A stretch of DNA of 63,934 nucleotides, filler included, from Reticulomyxa filosa (GCA_000512085.1; 15 parts of 15 records of this genome joined end to end with filler, not necessarily neighbours in it); one strand, 5' to 3'; counted from the whole stretch's first letter, positions 48,740 to 61,803 are shown. Numbers and translations: made by a program. The notes: generated by a model not told the origin, from the sequence alone.

Positions 48740-51700
48740 GGATCAATTTAGTGGAGGAGTATTGCGAAACTCCGTCAAATATTATAAGAAAAAAAAGAAT
48801 GTGAATAGGAGAAGGAGAACGACAAAGAGAAGCTCGTGTTGGATCTGTAAAAAAAAATTGTCAGCAGATTTTTGGAATGTTGTTATGTAATGGCCCTTCA
48901 CGCGTCAACAAACAAGTGAAATTCGAACATCATGAAAATAGCGCAAAGTGTATCAACACATAAATTGGGAACTCGTGCCGAAACTAATCGTGTGCGTACG
49001 CACATTCGCAACGTTGGATCTTGGTCAGTGTTATCGTTTAACAGTTGGCAAGACTTTACATGTTCAATCCAGGAAAGTTGTGCAGCTAAACTGCGAAAAA
49101 AATCTCACCAAGAAGAAAAAAAGAAGACGTGGTAATACGCAAAGTAGAAAAGTGTGATATCGCAACGGCGACAGAGAAGGAGTGGGAGTTAATGAGAAAA
49201 ATATAGTGAAGGCAAGTTCGCCAAGAAGAAAAAAAGAACGTTGCATGTCGTGAAAAGTTGTGGCTAAACTCCGTCAACAAGCAGCAAGCAAGAAGAAAAA
49301 GATTGTGATGAAGAGAAGAAAAAAGTGGTAAGTACGTAACGCTTTGAATTTGTTTTTTTAAAAAAAATAACAAGTCAAATGGCTTTGTTGAGTTTTGTTA
49401 GAATTGTTCTTCATATCTAGAAACGCGCAAAGTCGCCACTTGCGGGCGTGGACCAACTTTCAATATCGCGCCACAATGAAAAACTCTAAACGATTATGGC
49501 AATTTTAAGCGTCGCAGTTCGAAGCATTGTCAATAACGATTGGCATTAACACATGCGCACAAAAATTTCTACTGATAATGGTCGGCGATGCAAAGCAGCA
49601 AAGAAGGTGTCAAACTGCGATCTATATGCGCCAATGAACAGGGAATACTTGGTCGTTTTGAAAATTGCTCTTATTTTGATAACGCAGATATTGAGCACTC
49701 GTGCCAAAACTTGCTGTGTATGTGCGCACATTCGCTTTGGATTTTTGATCGTGAGTTACTGATTGGAGAAACCTTTGAGCAAGTGAAACATTGGACATTG
49801 ATAATTGTTGAAGAAAGGAAGATAGCTAGTTGCATTTTCCTAGCCCATTGCTGCAAGGGTTGTGTGCTGTGAGTTTGTCGAACAAACGCATGTTATCTTT
49901 GCCAAGCTGCCTCCGGGACCAACTATGAGCTACGGACGATAGAAATCAAGAAAGCGAGAAGGTGAAGACGAAGAAGGAAAGAACGTGAACATTGTCAAAA
50001 AATAATCAACGTTGCGATCGAGAGATCACTACATAGGGAGAAAAGGACTGTTCAATTTAGCTTTGCCGAAACTCCAAGACACTGGCAAGAAAGAATAGAA
50101 AGAGTATGGTGATGAAGAGAAGAAAAATAATATCAAGTACGTATCAAGTTGGATTTGTTTAAAGGAAAAAAAAAAGAAAGCAATTGGTCGGCTTTATTAA
50201 AATTGGTAAATGATTTATTCTTTACTTATCGAAATGCGCAAAATCGCCACTTGCGGACGTATACTAACTTCCCATAGCGCACATCAATGGAAAGTGTTAA
50301 ATAAATATGGCAATGTCTGGCAGCGGTATCCCGAAGTATTGCAAAGAACTTGTTTACATTCAGCGTAAACAGATACAAGTCTCTGGCGGTGTATCATGCC
50401 AACAATTAGCCAGAAAGATTTATCAAACTGTGAGCTACCTGCTCCAAAAAACGAACAATGGAAAATTAGTCGTAATGGAAATGGAGCTAATTTTATCAAC
50501 TCAGGACAACAATTAAAACTAGTTGTGCGTACGCACATGCGCGTGCTGATGGGAGGAATGGTAAACTCGCAGGTAACATTGATAATTGATAATTGGTGAA
50601 TAGATAGAACTTGTTGCTCCATCAATGCAAAAATTGTTTGCCTTGCGTTTGTGTAACAAACACCTATTATATTTACCGAACTGCCTACTGGATCGACTAT
50701 TGGCCACAGGCGACGTGTTGGATGGCATTCAAAAAGCAAGAAACAAGAACAACATCGAATTCGTAAAAAATAAAAAAGAAAATACAAATGGTATCCTCCC
50801 TCATTGTATAGCTAATACAAAAATTGTTGAATGGACGCATGTTAATGGATGCGAGAATTTCCAATCACGATCATTAGCCAAGGCCAACGTATGTCCACTA
50901 TCACAAGGGTGACTGAACGAATGAATTTGGTATGCCATTGAAACCGTTGCAAAAAATTCTCACAGTTCAATCGCTGACGATCTGAATCTTGGCGCTGTCC
51001 GACTACGAAGGCAAGCTTGCCAAGAAGAAAGAAAAAAAAAAGCGTGATAATAACCGCAAGATCGATATCATTTCGTTTTCATTTTGCGCGAATCACAACG
51101 ACAGCAACAACTGGATTAGCCGAAGAAATGCAAGACAAAGAAGAAAAGGACGTTGCAGAAAATATATAATCACACATGGCGATCAAGTGAGCACACGCTC
51201 ACATGGGACTATTTTTCCGATATCGTGACTCAATTTGGTGAATGATTTCTGCGAAACTCCAAGCCAATAAGAGGAGGGGGATGATGATAAATAGAAAGAA
51301 GATTCCAAGAGTACCGCGTTGGATCTGTTTTAAAAGAAAAAAGGCCATCAACCAACTTACTTTCGTTATGAAATGGCTCTTCACATCCGCGAGTGGCGGC
51401 CTTGCGCAATCCTATGCATGGACTAATTTCATATATTGCGCCTCCTCCCAAATGAAGCTTCTTAACTGGTGTGACAATGTTAAGCGCAGCGCCAGCGATG
51501 CTTGTGATGTTGACAACGAAACGCAGTCCAGGTTCTCTTTTACTTTTTTGTCAATTGTTTTAATACATTTGACTTGTATTGTGCTCGCCAATATTTGAGT
51601 GCCGCTACTGCATTCCACGAGTTGATTTGATACGCACTGAAAAGCTAACGTTATGCGCATTTGTTACAAAAAGTAACAACACCGTGCCAGTTGATAATTG

Positions 51701-51900
51701 GATCGACAATTCAAAAGTCGCTCCATTATTTAGCGAACCAAGAAAAAATTGTGGATATTGGCAATGTGTTGGTGGTGCCTCTGGGTGGATAACGAACAAT
51801 ATTCTATATCAGCAGTCGAGCCCCTCTCCTTTTCCACAAAGTATTCCATCGATCATTTATGTTCCAAGTTCATGTTACTTGTTGTTATTATGTGTTTGGG
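48740..51900 (+). pseudogene. Tandem array of about four decayed copies of an uncharacterised gene
   Basis: A unit-start motif ...gcgaaactcc/ctaaactcc...aagaa...gtgatgaagagaag recurs at about 48742, 49256, 50051 and 51230. Shared peptides: LFFISRNAQSRHLRAWTNF, LFFTYRNAQNRHLRTYTNF, LFTSASGGLAQSYAWTNF; and LVPKLIVCVRTF, LVPKLAVYVRTF. Stops and frameshifts are present. Confidence 0.7.
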
Positions 51901-52603
51901 TCCGTTGCTTAAAAAAGTTTTTTATATATACATTTTTTTAAAAATATGTACATATTCAATAACCAATAGCAACACAGCATCTTTATACGTATACTGGTTA
52001 TTTATTTTTATGTATGTGATATGTGTTACTTGAAATATTTTAATACATATTCCAAGGCGTATTAACGAAGTTTTTGAATGAATGGACACTTTTTTGCTGT
52101 TTATATTGTCATTGGTGCTGCAGTGAGTCCCCAGTAATGATGACAATTGTAACAGCAACCGCAGCAATACGATGGTTGCATACATGAAAGCAAAGATGGC
52201 AACGTCATAGTCGAATTGTTGCTAATATTTTGTCAAAACATGGAAGCTGTACTCTACAACGCACGCATCTATCATTTCTCAAATAAATGTATTTGTTCAT
52301 CCATTGAACGAATTTCTATTAATGATGGCGTGTATCAAATATGGATAATGTTGTTATGTTTTGAAAAAAAAATTGGATGTCCATATTGTGTATGTGGCTC
52401 ATGACGGATTGAAAGTAGTGAGCTGGTTTTTATCGTGAATGCGCAACCTACATTCCAAGTTATAATGTTTTTTTGTAGGTACGACGAGACAGACAACCAA
52501 AAAAAAAAAAGACCTTTTTGTTTTCATTAAGACATAAATGGACAACTAATAAATGTTTGTTAAAAAAGATGTAAATTTACAATTTTTTGGAATATTTTCA
52601 CAT

Positions 52604-52703
52604 NNNNNNNNNNNNNNNNNNNNNNNNNNNNNNNNNNNNNNNNNNNNTTAATTAATTAANNNNNNNNNNNNNNNNNNNNNNNNNNNNNNNNNNNNNNNNN
52701 NNN
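52604..52703. other. Artificial contig spacer
   Basis: 44 N + TTAATTAATTAA + 44 N. Confidence 0.98.
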
Positions 52704-52731
52704 AAAAAAAAAAAAAAAATAGGGGTTTAAC

Positions 52732-52968
52732 CTTGTAGAATTTTTGGAACAGATACACTTGGTGCCCAGATCTCCGATAATCTTTTTCAACAAAGTCTCG
52801 TCCATAAGACTCCCATGATTTCAGATTCGTGTACAGACCGTTCGGAGAAAAAGGATTGTCAAAAGACAGCATACACTCATCTTTTTCAACTTGAGAGACT
52901 TCTTGTGGAACACGACAGCTTCCACCTTGTGCTCGCAATATTTTCAAAATATCTTGGTCAATAGGCAT
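52732..52968 (-). CDS. USP5: Ubiquitin-specific protease USP5/USP13 (UBP14), first exon
   Basis: RVPQEVSQVEKDECMLSFDNPFSPNGLYTNLKSWESYGRDFVEKDYRRSGHQVYL matches the N-terminal nUBP domain of isopeptidase T. Confidence 0.85.
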
Positions 52969-53271
52969 TATAAAATATTATGACGGGATACTTTTATTAC
53001 TTCAACAATTTAACTTTTTAAAAACAAGCCTCGAAGCGTAGAAACAGTAGTGAAAGAAATATTATTTTAAAAACAATAATAATAAATAAAAAATAAGTTC
53101 CTGTTTATTATTCGTGTCAAAAGATATCATTATTCTCAAATTTAAGAAACGCCAAAAATAATGAAAAATGTATTCACTTTTTAGAACACTCTTGTCATAA
53201 AAAAGTTTGGAAGTGAGTGTTCATAATCGTGTCTTCTTTATTTCTCTAATTTATCCTGCTCAAAATTCTTC

Positions 53272-55040
53272 ATGGATTCTGTCTTAAGGGCTACTGTAAA
53301 ACGTATAAATGAATGCAATGCCGAATATTGTAAAAATTATTTACAAAGTAACGTTCTGTTACTCTAAATAATAGCTGTAATCTAACAAATAGTTTTTATT
53401 AAAACAGAAGATTTAGAATACGTTTTAGAAAGTATTGCAAACCCCACAACCAAAGCAGCATTGGTTTCCCACAATATAATCCAAATTCTCTTCAGATTTT
53501 TAGAAAAGAAAGACCAAGGTTGCGGTCAAATGCAGCCTTCGTCAAGCCAGCAAGGTATTGTCCTAAAGATTTTGCAGTTATTGTCAACTATATTGACCGC
53601 ACGCAACGAAATGCTGGCCAATACAACGTCAACCAACCAGATTTTTTCTATTCTTTCGGTTTGCAAACACAAAAATTTTTGAACGTCACCCTGTCCAAAT
53701 TTGTGTCAATCCAAAACGCTAGTCTAACTGTTTGAAAATTTTATTTATTAAATAGACCACAAATGATCCAGAACTAATACGTGAAATTTGTGAATTGTTA
53801 GCTATTTTATCGTTCCATGCTGACAGCTTGTCTGTTGTAGCTAAATGTCAGGGTCTATTATATTTTTCTTATTTACGACAGTAAAAACATTTAAACAAAA
53901 TCTCAACTAACTGTACGTTAGCTCCTGTAGTAATTAAACTTTATCAATTGCTGAATTTTGAGGACAATCGTATTGTTTTTGCAGCACTGAAATGTCTTTC
54001 AGAAATTACCAATATTGTGAAAAATCCCTCCGAAGAAGTCATTAGTGTTATTGTAGGTTTTCTAGAGAAATACAATACTGAAAAGTATAATGAAAAGTTT
54101 AAAAAAGCGATTGAAAGCACTGTGAGATGTTTGCGAAACATTACAGTAAATTGCAAGAGCAAACAAACTGTTAAAAGATAAAAATATTTTTGTGATGTTT
54201 TTTTAATAAGTATGAACAAAACAATGGAAACTCAGGCAGTTGAAAAAGGCGCTGTTAAAGTAATTGTCAAATACATTAGCCTGGGCGATGGCAAGAACAT
54301 TCCGCAAATCTGTCAAGATTGTTGTGCAATTTTAATGAATGTTTCTGCCTGTATATCTGGAAAAAAGTCTTTAATTGACAATAAAAACGCATTGGAAAAA
54401 TTATCAGTTTTGTCAAAACTTTTTCCCTTTGAATGTTTTCAACACTAAATTTAAACTTGGCTGAATCCAAATGTTAAAAAGGAACTAATTCGTGAAGAAA
54501 ATATAAATGTAGATATTAGAAACAACGCCAAAACTGCCTTACAGAATACAGCAGAACATCCAATAGCCTTATTCATTATTGGAAATTTGCTACTCCAATG
54601 GTGAATTTATAATTTATAATTTAAAAATATTTTATATTTATTTGCCTGTTGTGTTGTTTTCACATTGCCAATACAGGCCAAAACTGATTATTAATCTATT
54701 TGGAGTTAATAGCAGTGCAAAGATTGGATATCATTTTGGAATAAATGACGCTTGTGTCGATTCTGAAAATAAAACTTACGCAATGCGTTTGTTGGCGATT
54801 ACATGCAAAGAGCCAAACGGTGCCAAAGCAGTTTGGAAAAGTTTAAATATTATCCCAAAATTGGTTGATATCTTTATGTTGAGCCAAAATGAGTTGGACG
54901 TTGCATATGCACTGGATTGCATCATTTCACTTTGCAAAGAAATTTCAACGGCTGCAATTTTATTGCAAAAAGAGGCCAAAAGGAGCACAGCCTTTCATCA
55001 AACAGCTCTTCAAATTTTTGAGCTTAAGCCATATTTATGA
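53272..55040 (+). CDS. Armadillo-repeat protein (possibly radial-spoke RSP14-like), multi-exon
   Basis: Helical repeats: AALKCLSEIT, STVRCLRNIT, AVEKGAVKVIVKYI, CAILMNVSACISGKKSLI, RNNAKTALQNTAEHP, IIPKLVDIF; short GT-AG introns. Confidence 0.75.
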
Positions 55041-55509
55041 AGATTTATGCAAAATATTTTTATTGGTTTTTCACTATTCAAATGTAAAGTAAAACCAATT
55101 AAGTAAAAAAGTTTAGAATGTAAAAGTCAGTGTAACAATTTTTGTGCATTCAAATGAATACATAGATATTAAAGTTCAGCACAACATATTCACCTTAAAA
55201 ATTAGTGATTATAAAATAGGTTAATGTAATCATAACTAATATTTTTGCATTTCATCAGTGATAGTTTTGTAGTTTTGCTCGATAAATTTACTTGATTTTT
55301 AAAAATTTACCAAAATATGCAATTATCCTTATCACTTAAACATACTTTACAATGTAGCTCAGCAAAATAAATTTGCACTGAATTCAGACAAATTTAAAAA
55401 AGGACAATTGTCCAATGTTTTGAGTTTTGTCAACAAAAATCAGTCAGCAAAAGATTGAAATTAAACGTGCTATGCAATGTTTTTTATTTTGTATTTGTTT
55501 TTAGTTAAA

Positions 55510-56925
55510 TTAGTCTTCTGGCGATTGGCTGATCCATATCGTCGCTCCAAAAAAATCATCTTTGGCATACTGTTGTTGAGAAAACGGAATATGCTGTGTC
55601 CATTTTTGTGGAACAACAGCATCATATCTGTACCAATGCTTGGGTATGAGTGAAATTAGTTTAGGCAAGCCAGTAGAAAAATAGCTATCTTTGTGCTTCT
55701 TCAACACAAGTATTCCATTATTAGAACGTAAAGCCGCCACGGCGTATTTGATAAAATCAGTGTGATGTGAACAAACGTATTCCAGCACAATTAGATGTGC
55801 CTTTACCTCCAATTCCACCTCGACAAAGTGTTTTGAAGCTCTGTCATGGCCTATGGAAAGCCCCCTCTATGATTTTTTTGATGCAATTTTTTTTTTTGTG
55901 ATAAAGTTGGCACACCCCTTTTTGAACCCAAAAAAAAAAAAGACGGGGAGGGGGGGAAAGGGATTTCGAAGTTGGTTAATAACAATCAGTAAAGGAGACG
56001 ACTGAAAAAAAAAATAAATTTGAACTTTGGTCCCCTTTTTTTTTTTCTGTCTTAAAAAAAATTTTTAAAATATACAATACATATGCATATATGAATATAC
56101 ATATACATATATGTAAGTTTTTTAATTTGTTTGTTAGCAATTGAAACTGGCAAAGAAAAATTGTGAGAAAAACTAATGTGTCGCTGAAACAAATCAAATT
56201 GGTCTCTGCGACATTCGAAGGCCTGCCATTGGTGAAGACGCACAGCAAACCACAAAGCGGAAGTGCCAATGCCATATTGTATACCAATCAGTTTCGGATA
56301 TAAAGATCGCGACACATGCAGCAGTCGATCCAAGACAAAGAGGACGTCGACAGTATAAAAGGGTTCACACGAAGTGCCGAAAATGCGGCCTACCAAATCC
56401 GATGGTCGATACTCGTATTGCATGTTTTGATTGCATTCGTATTGCATTGTTAGTTGTGTGCATTCCATGTTCGAAGCGTCGGCAATATGCTTCGCTTCAT
56501 TTCTTTTATTAAATGTCCTCGATTCTCATCAAACATCTTTCGTCGTACCTTGTTATGCTCGCCTGGCAATGACTTCTCATACAATGGCGTTAATGATATG
56601 TTTCTTTTTGATTGGTCCGGCAAATGCCACGATACCACTTCCCTTCTTTCATCCATTTGTGATGTCTGTTTCATTCGAAAACCACACACACACCCATATG
56701 CCCCCGGCAAAAGCCACTTGCGCACAATCTAGATTGCACAAACTTTCCTTTGCAAGAAAGTCTTCACCATTTGTTGTACATTATACGACTGCCAAAAAGT
56801 CTCGTTCTTGTCAAACCCAATGAACAAGATTATTACATTCGCTACTATCAGAAACATGTTGATGCTGATCATCCATATTAAGAGTGACGAGGATGAAGAG
56901 AGAGTCTTTGCTGCTCCGAACATCT
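55510..56925 (-). CDS. Type II membrane protein with a divergent class I SAM-methyltransferase-like domain (exon structure uncertain)
   Basis: N-terminal TM (LLIWMISINMFLIVANVIILFIG); EPFYTVDVLFVLDRLL...IGIQYGIGTSALWFAVRL...AFE (motif I-like); AVAALRSNNGILVL...IPKHW. Confidence 0.5.
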
Positions 56926-57305
56926 GACGCAAATGACTGCAGATATGTGAACCGCAGTTTCATCTTAGCAGTCGAACAGATCAAAAAAATATATCTTGCT
57001 CATTTCAAAGCATTAAATCTCAAAGTTTAAAATAATTTCGTTATTTTTCTCCAATCGAGTTTGTTGCTTTACTGATGCAATTACAGCAATAAGACTGCAG
57101 TAGCAATTGTTCCAACTACAAACATGCAACTTTCACATATTTTAAACATTTTTTATCATCTTTCTAATTGTATAAGTTGAGTCACTTGCATTTTATCTTT
57201 AAAATCTTCTTATCTTCAATTAGTTTTGTGTAAAAGTCAAATTAAAGAAAAGAAGATACAGCCGGTCTAAATTAAGTTTTGATGAGTTGCCCCTTTTGGC
57301 GATAT

Positions 57306-59423
57306 GGGCCAATGGCAGCAAATTCAACATTTTTAATGTCCTCATTAAGAATTCGATATACCTCCCTCCCAACGTGGTTTGTTGTATGGCTATTTGGACT
57401 ATTATTCTGTAGTCAGTTTGGGAGTGTGTACTGTTGCAGAGGAAATGAGGAATGTGGAAGTGTTGTGCAATATCAGTTGTGTGTGAACCACGAGTGCGTA
57501 TCTTGTTCAAGCAATAGCGACTGCACATTAAATACTAACGACTACTGTGCCGAAAGCGAAGGGTACTGCAAAATGGACTCTGCGCTTGAAAACTTTGGCC
57601 AGCGTAAACTATTGACGATAGTAATAATCTTTTTGGGGTCTGTACTTGCTGCAGGCGGCGGTTTGGGGGGTGGTGGTGTTTTTGTTCCCGTATTTATTTT
57701 AATTGCCGGTACTGCTCAAAAAAAAAAAATTTAACTCGGACCCCTTTTTTTTTTTTTTTTTTTTTCAAACTTAAAAAAAAATTTAGCCAACCCACGCACA
57801 TACGCAATGCTTTGATCATCAAAAAAAAAAAAAAAAAAAAAAGGGTTTGACGCAAAAGCAGCTGGTGCATTATCACTGGCCACAATATTTGGTGGAAGTA
57901 TAGTAAATTTGACAATGAACTTTTTGCATCGTCACCCAAACCGAACCCATCGAGCGTTGCCAGACTTGTCAACGATACTGGTCCTCGAGCCGATGTTGTT
58001 GGCAGGGACGAGTATCGGGGTGCTGTTGAACAAGGTGTTCCCGGACCCGATGTTGTTGCTGCTGCTGGTTGCTGTGCTGGGCCAAGCGGCGTATCGCACG
58101 TCGAAGAAAGGAATGGAAATGTGGAGACAAGAGAACGAAACACGACGAATCGAACAGGAAAAGCAAAAACGCAGGGACTTGCAAGACATGAGTGCTACGT
58201 CGTTGTTAATCGAACATGTCGAAATTGTCCCCATCCACAAAAATGAGGGCAAAGGCTTTGAAAAAGAGAGAGCAGTTGAGAAGAGGAGAAAAAGAGATTT
58301 TAAAAAAATAATAATAAAATAGAAAGGCCTAAAATAACCAACAACGTATACGTTTTTGTTTGTTTTTTTTTCCCTCCTACTGTACATACGTACAACAAAA
58401 AAAAAAATACAAAATAAAATAAAGGGATTTCACTTTTTAAAAGGCAGATTCGATACCAAATATTCTGAAGAACACTGTCAAATTGGTTAATTTTTTTTTT
58501 TTTTTTTTTTTAAATAAATTAATAAGAACAAGAATAATGATAATAACATATTATTATTATTATTATTGTAATAGATATGCTTGCATTGGTGCATCTCAGC
58601 GGACGTGAAAATGCAAAAGAATTAATGCAACTGAATGACGAAGAAAGGAGACGACTCTCCGAATTGATAATGGAAGAATCGAAAGTAATGCAACCAATGA
58701 TTCTTGTGTTTTTCATTTGGTGCATTTCTAGCTATTTCAATTTGTATAAGTCGGGTGCGTTTTCTCCCATCACAACTTGCTCTTCCTCGTGGTGGGCCTA
58801 CACGCTGTTGGAGTTCCCCATCATGGCCTTCGTTATGGCTTTGATCACGTGCAAATACGTTCAAAAGTTTGCAGAGAAAAAAAAATTGTCGTGGCTCCCT
58901 GACGCTGGAGATATTGACTGGGACACACGAAAGGCTATCAATACCCGCTTGTGGCAATGTTGGCTGGCATCTTGGGTATGTCATTATTTTTCAAGGACAT
59001 TACGTTCACTTCACTTTTTTTTTTTTGTTCGATCTTGTAACAATTAATAAAGGTGGACTACTTGGAATCGGAGGTGGCACCATCGTTAGCCCTTTGCTAC
59101 TGGAGTTAGGAATGATACCCCATGTTGCATCTGCGACTAGTGCTATTGCGGTTGCTGTCACAAGCAGCAGCGGGACTTTACAGAAGCTTCTTTTAGGAAT
59201 GCTGCGCTTGGATTACATGTTTTTCTTTATGGTCGTTGGGATGGCTGGAACCTTTGTTGGACAAACTTTGATGAATTATGTTCTGAAACGATACGGAAGG
59301 CAAAGTGTGGTCGTTTTTTCTGTTCAATCCATGATGCTGTTGGCCATTGTTATGATGGGAGTCAAAGGAATTGTAGAGATTATCCAAGGCGATAGCACCT
59401 TGGCCTTTCAAAGTCTATGTTGA
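57306..59423 (+). CDS. TauE/SafE (TSUP) sulfite-exporter family protein with a Cys-rich N-terminal domain; one apparent frameshift
   Basis: LAAGGGLGGGGVFVPVFILIA, ALSLATIFGGSIVN, LEPMLLAGTSIGVLLN and GGLLGIGGGTIVSPLLLELGMIPHVASATS. One nucleotide appears to be missing near 58940; adding one A restores AIKYPLVAMLAGILG. Start codon uncertain. Confidence 0.88.
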
Positions 59424-59459
59424 ACGTCTTTTTTTTGTGATTTTTTTAATAAAAAAAAG

Positions 59460-59559
59460 NNNNNNNNNNNNNNNNNNNNNNNNNNNNNNNNNNNNNNNNN
59501 NNNTTAATTAATTAANNNNNNNNNNNNNNNNNNNNNNNNNNNNNNNNNNNNNNNNNNNN
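59460..59559. other. Artificial contig spacer
   Basis: 44 N + TTAATTAATTAA + 44 N. Confidence 0.98.
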
Positions 59560-59799
59560 GAAAGTCTTTTTTAAATTAAAGTGGAAAAAACAAAAGTTAG
59601 TTTTTCCTTGAAATTTCACGAGTTTATTGGTGTATGATCACAACTTATTTCACATTGACAGTTTTATATACCACAATTGCAAATCCTATTTCAAAGACTC
59701 CATTTTAGCGTTTTGTTTTTTTCTGTTTTGAATGACACTCTTTTATAACTTGTCTTTATATTATTATTTTTTTTTCTAACATTTTGTGATCATTTTTCA

Positions 59800-60270
59800 G
59801 CTTTCTCGAGGCCAATGCATTTTCGTCACTATTTTCGCAAATGAATACCTTTAAGAATTGCTACTGTAAATATCCAGATAATTGCCCGTCAAATGCTTCA
59901 TCTTTTTTTCCAACTCTTGAGCAAATTTTTTTTCGTCAGTTTCTCATGTTCGCTGTCTTTTATATTAATCAAATGCCATGAATACATCTTTCATATTCTC
60001 CATTAATGAAACATTATCGCAAAAACTCATCCTAATCTTTCCATCTTTTGATTATATTTGCCATCAATACACAAAGACATGAGTTCAACCCATTGAGCCT
60101 TTCACTCACTTTATTTGAATAAAAAACAGCATCTGCACACTTATGCAACTTAACAATATCAGAAATTTCATTGCTAAAATAATAATCGTCAAATTTGCAG
60201 TTATTTGTAAGGTTCAGAGCAAAGATACCAGATCTGTTTTAACTTAATCTGGATATTGAGTCATTTTCTG
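59800..60270 (-). pseudogene. Possible heavily decayed HEAT-repeat gene remnant
   Basis: Short peptides such as LHKCADAV...SNKVSER are reminiscent of an expanded HEAT-repeat family; many stops and weak similarity. Confidence 0.25.
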
Positions 60271-61166
60271 CTATCTTCTATTATTTACTCGTATTATGAA
60301 TAAAATTTTACTCGATACAGTTGAGATTTCAAAAGATACACCAAAAACACACTTTTGTAGAACTTGGAAAGCTAAAAAAAGGAAAGGAAGACAAAAGCAA
60401 AAAGAAAAGGTTAGTTCGGACGGCGCCACGATGTCCCTGAAGGCGCCGCTTGATTTAACTTTTTCTTTTTCGCTTTTTCCTTTATTTCCTTTTTTTTTAA
60501 ATTTGCATGCATAAGCAAATTGTTAATGTAATTGAAAGGAATTATTTTAGTAGTGATTGCGCTTGAAAAGATTTGTTTTATTGTGTTAACATATTTTATC
60601 ATTAATGTTTAGCATGTCTGCCAAAGATAACATTATCAGCTTACATGAAGGCTAAATTGCGTGTATGTGATGTTTCGCAATTGGTGACGATTTGTTTATT
60701 TATTTTGATTAAACCAATGAAAAGAAGGCAATCTCTCAATCAGTCACAGAAGGATCATTTTCGAATATAAATAAAAAAAGACAGCACAAACCATTGCTCA
60801 AAATGTTGGACATGAACAAAAGATTGACCAAAAACAAAATCAAAAATTATACATTTCAGATCTAGACAAGTACTGTCATGCAAATAAAAACAGTAAGATT
60901 ATTTTTTTAAATACCAAATGAAAAAACTTATTTTATGTAAAATATTTCAATGTGTATTGTTAACAGAACGAAAATTGCAACTAATAACGTGCTAAATCGA
61001 AATTATTATATTATTGCTAGTTATCCACATGCATTGTTTATTCAATGTTAATTGGAACTATAATGAAAAAAGTTACATAGCCAATCTAGTTGTGATGTGT
61101 AATCTTTTTATTGCTTTGAAACTTTTTTCTTTTAAATAAAATTAAAAACACTTGAAGAGTGTAAAT

Positions 61167-61266
61167 NNNNNNNNNNNNNNNNNNNNNNNNNNNNNNNNNN
61201 NNNNNNNNNNTTAATTAATTAANNNNNNNNNNNNNNNNNNNNNNNNNNNNNNNNNNNNNNNNNNNN
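61167..61266. other. Artificial contig spacer
   Basis: 44 N + TTAATTAATTAA + 44 N. Confidence 0.98.
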
Positions 61267-61379
61267 TTTTTTTTTTTTTTTTTTCCCCTTCCAATTAGCT
61301 TATATTCGATTTTTTTTTATGTACATATACATATACATATATATATACATATATATATATGTATATAATTAACGGTGAC

Positions 61380-61803
61380 AGTACTCAAATCAAATTGGAT
61401 TGAAAAAACAGAGTAAAGTGACTCCGTCAATTGAATGCTGTTCCTTGCAATGGTGCCATGTTTGCCGAGATTGGACTCTTCTTGCACTTTTTGAGGAATG
61501 GAAGCCTCATTCTCTTGCTCACGAAGCTCTTTCAGCTTTGCCAAATGCGCGTCCACGTTGGCGATCTCCGTTGCTATTTCTTCGCCTCGGAGTCGATACT
61601 TGTTTTGAAGCTCCTGCTGCAATGCTTGCTTCCTTTTTGTCCACTCTTCAAATATCTTCGTCAAATGTCTTCTCGAGTTTCACCGCTTCCACCTGCTGTT
61701 GCTTCTTCAACTGTCCCAACAGCTGCTCCAAATTTTGCTTTAAGCTTTCCAACTTTGAAACCTCATTTTGACTTAAATCTTGCTTTGTCTTTTGGGTGGC
61801 CAT
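61380..61803 (-). CDS. Coiled-coil protein, 5' part, with an apparent +1 frameshift
   Basis: MATQKTKQDLSQNEVSKLESLKQNLEQLLGQLKKQQQVEAVKLEKT joins LTKIFEEWTKRKQALQQELQNKY... if one T is removed at 61663-61665. Confidence 0.6.

Noticed and set aside
58935-58945. Frameshift in the TauE gene as possible programmed frameshifting or RNA editing
   Set aside because: It is a single-base shortfall in a short A run with no slippery heptamer; sequencing homopolymer error is the simpler explanation.
60418-60452. GC-rich mini inverted repeat cggcgcc...ggcgccg in AT-rich DNA
   Set aside because: Only a 7-bp stem based on a palindromic hexamer, with no tRNA or other ncRNA features.
61660-61670. Frameshift in the coiled-coil gene
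   Set aside because: One extra base in a 3-nt run, most likely the same error type.
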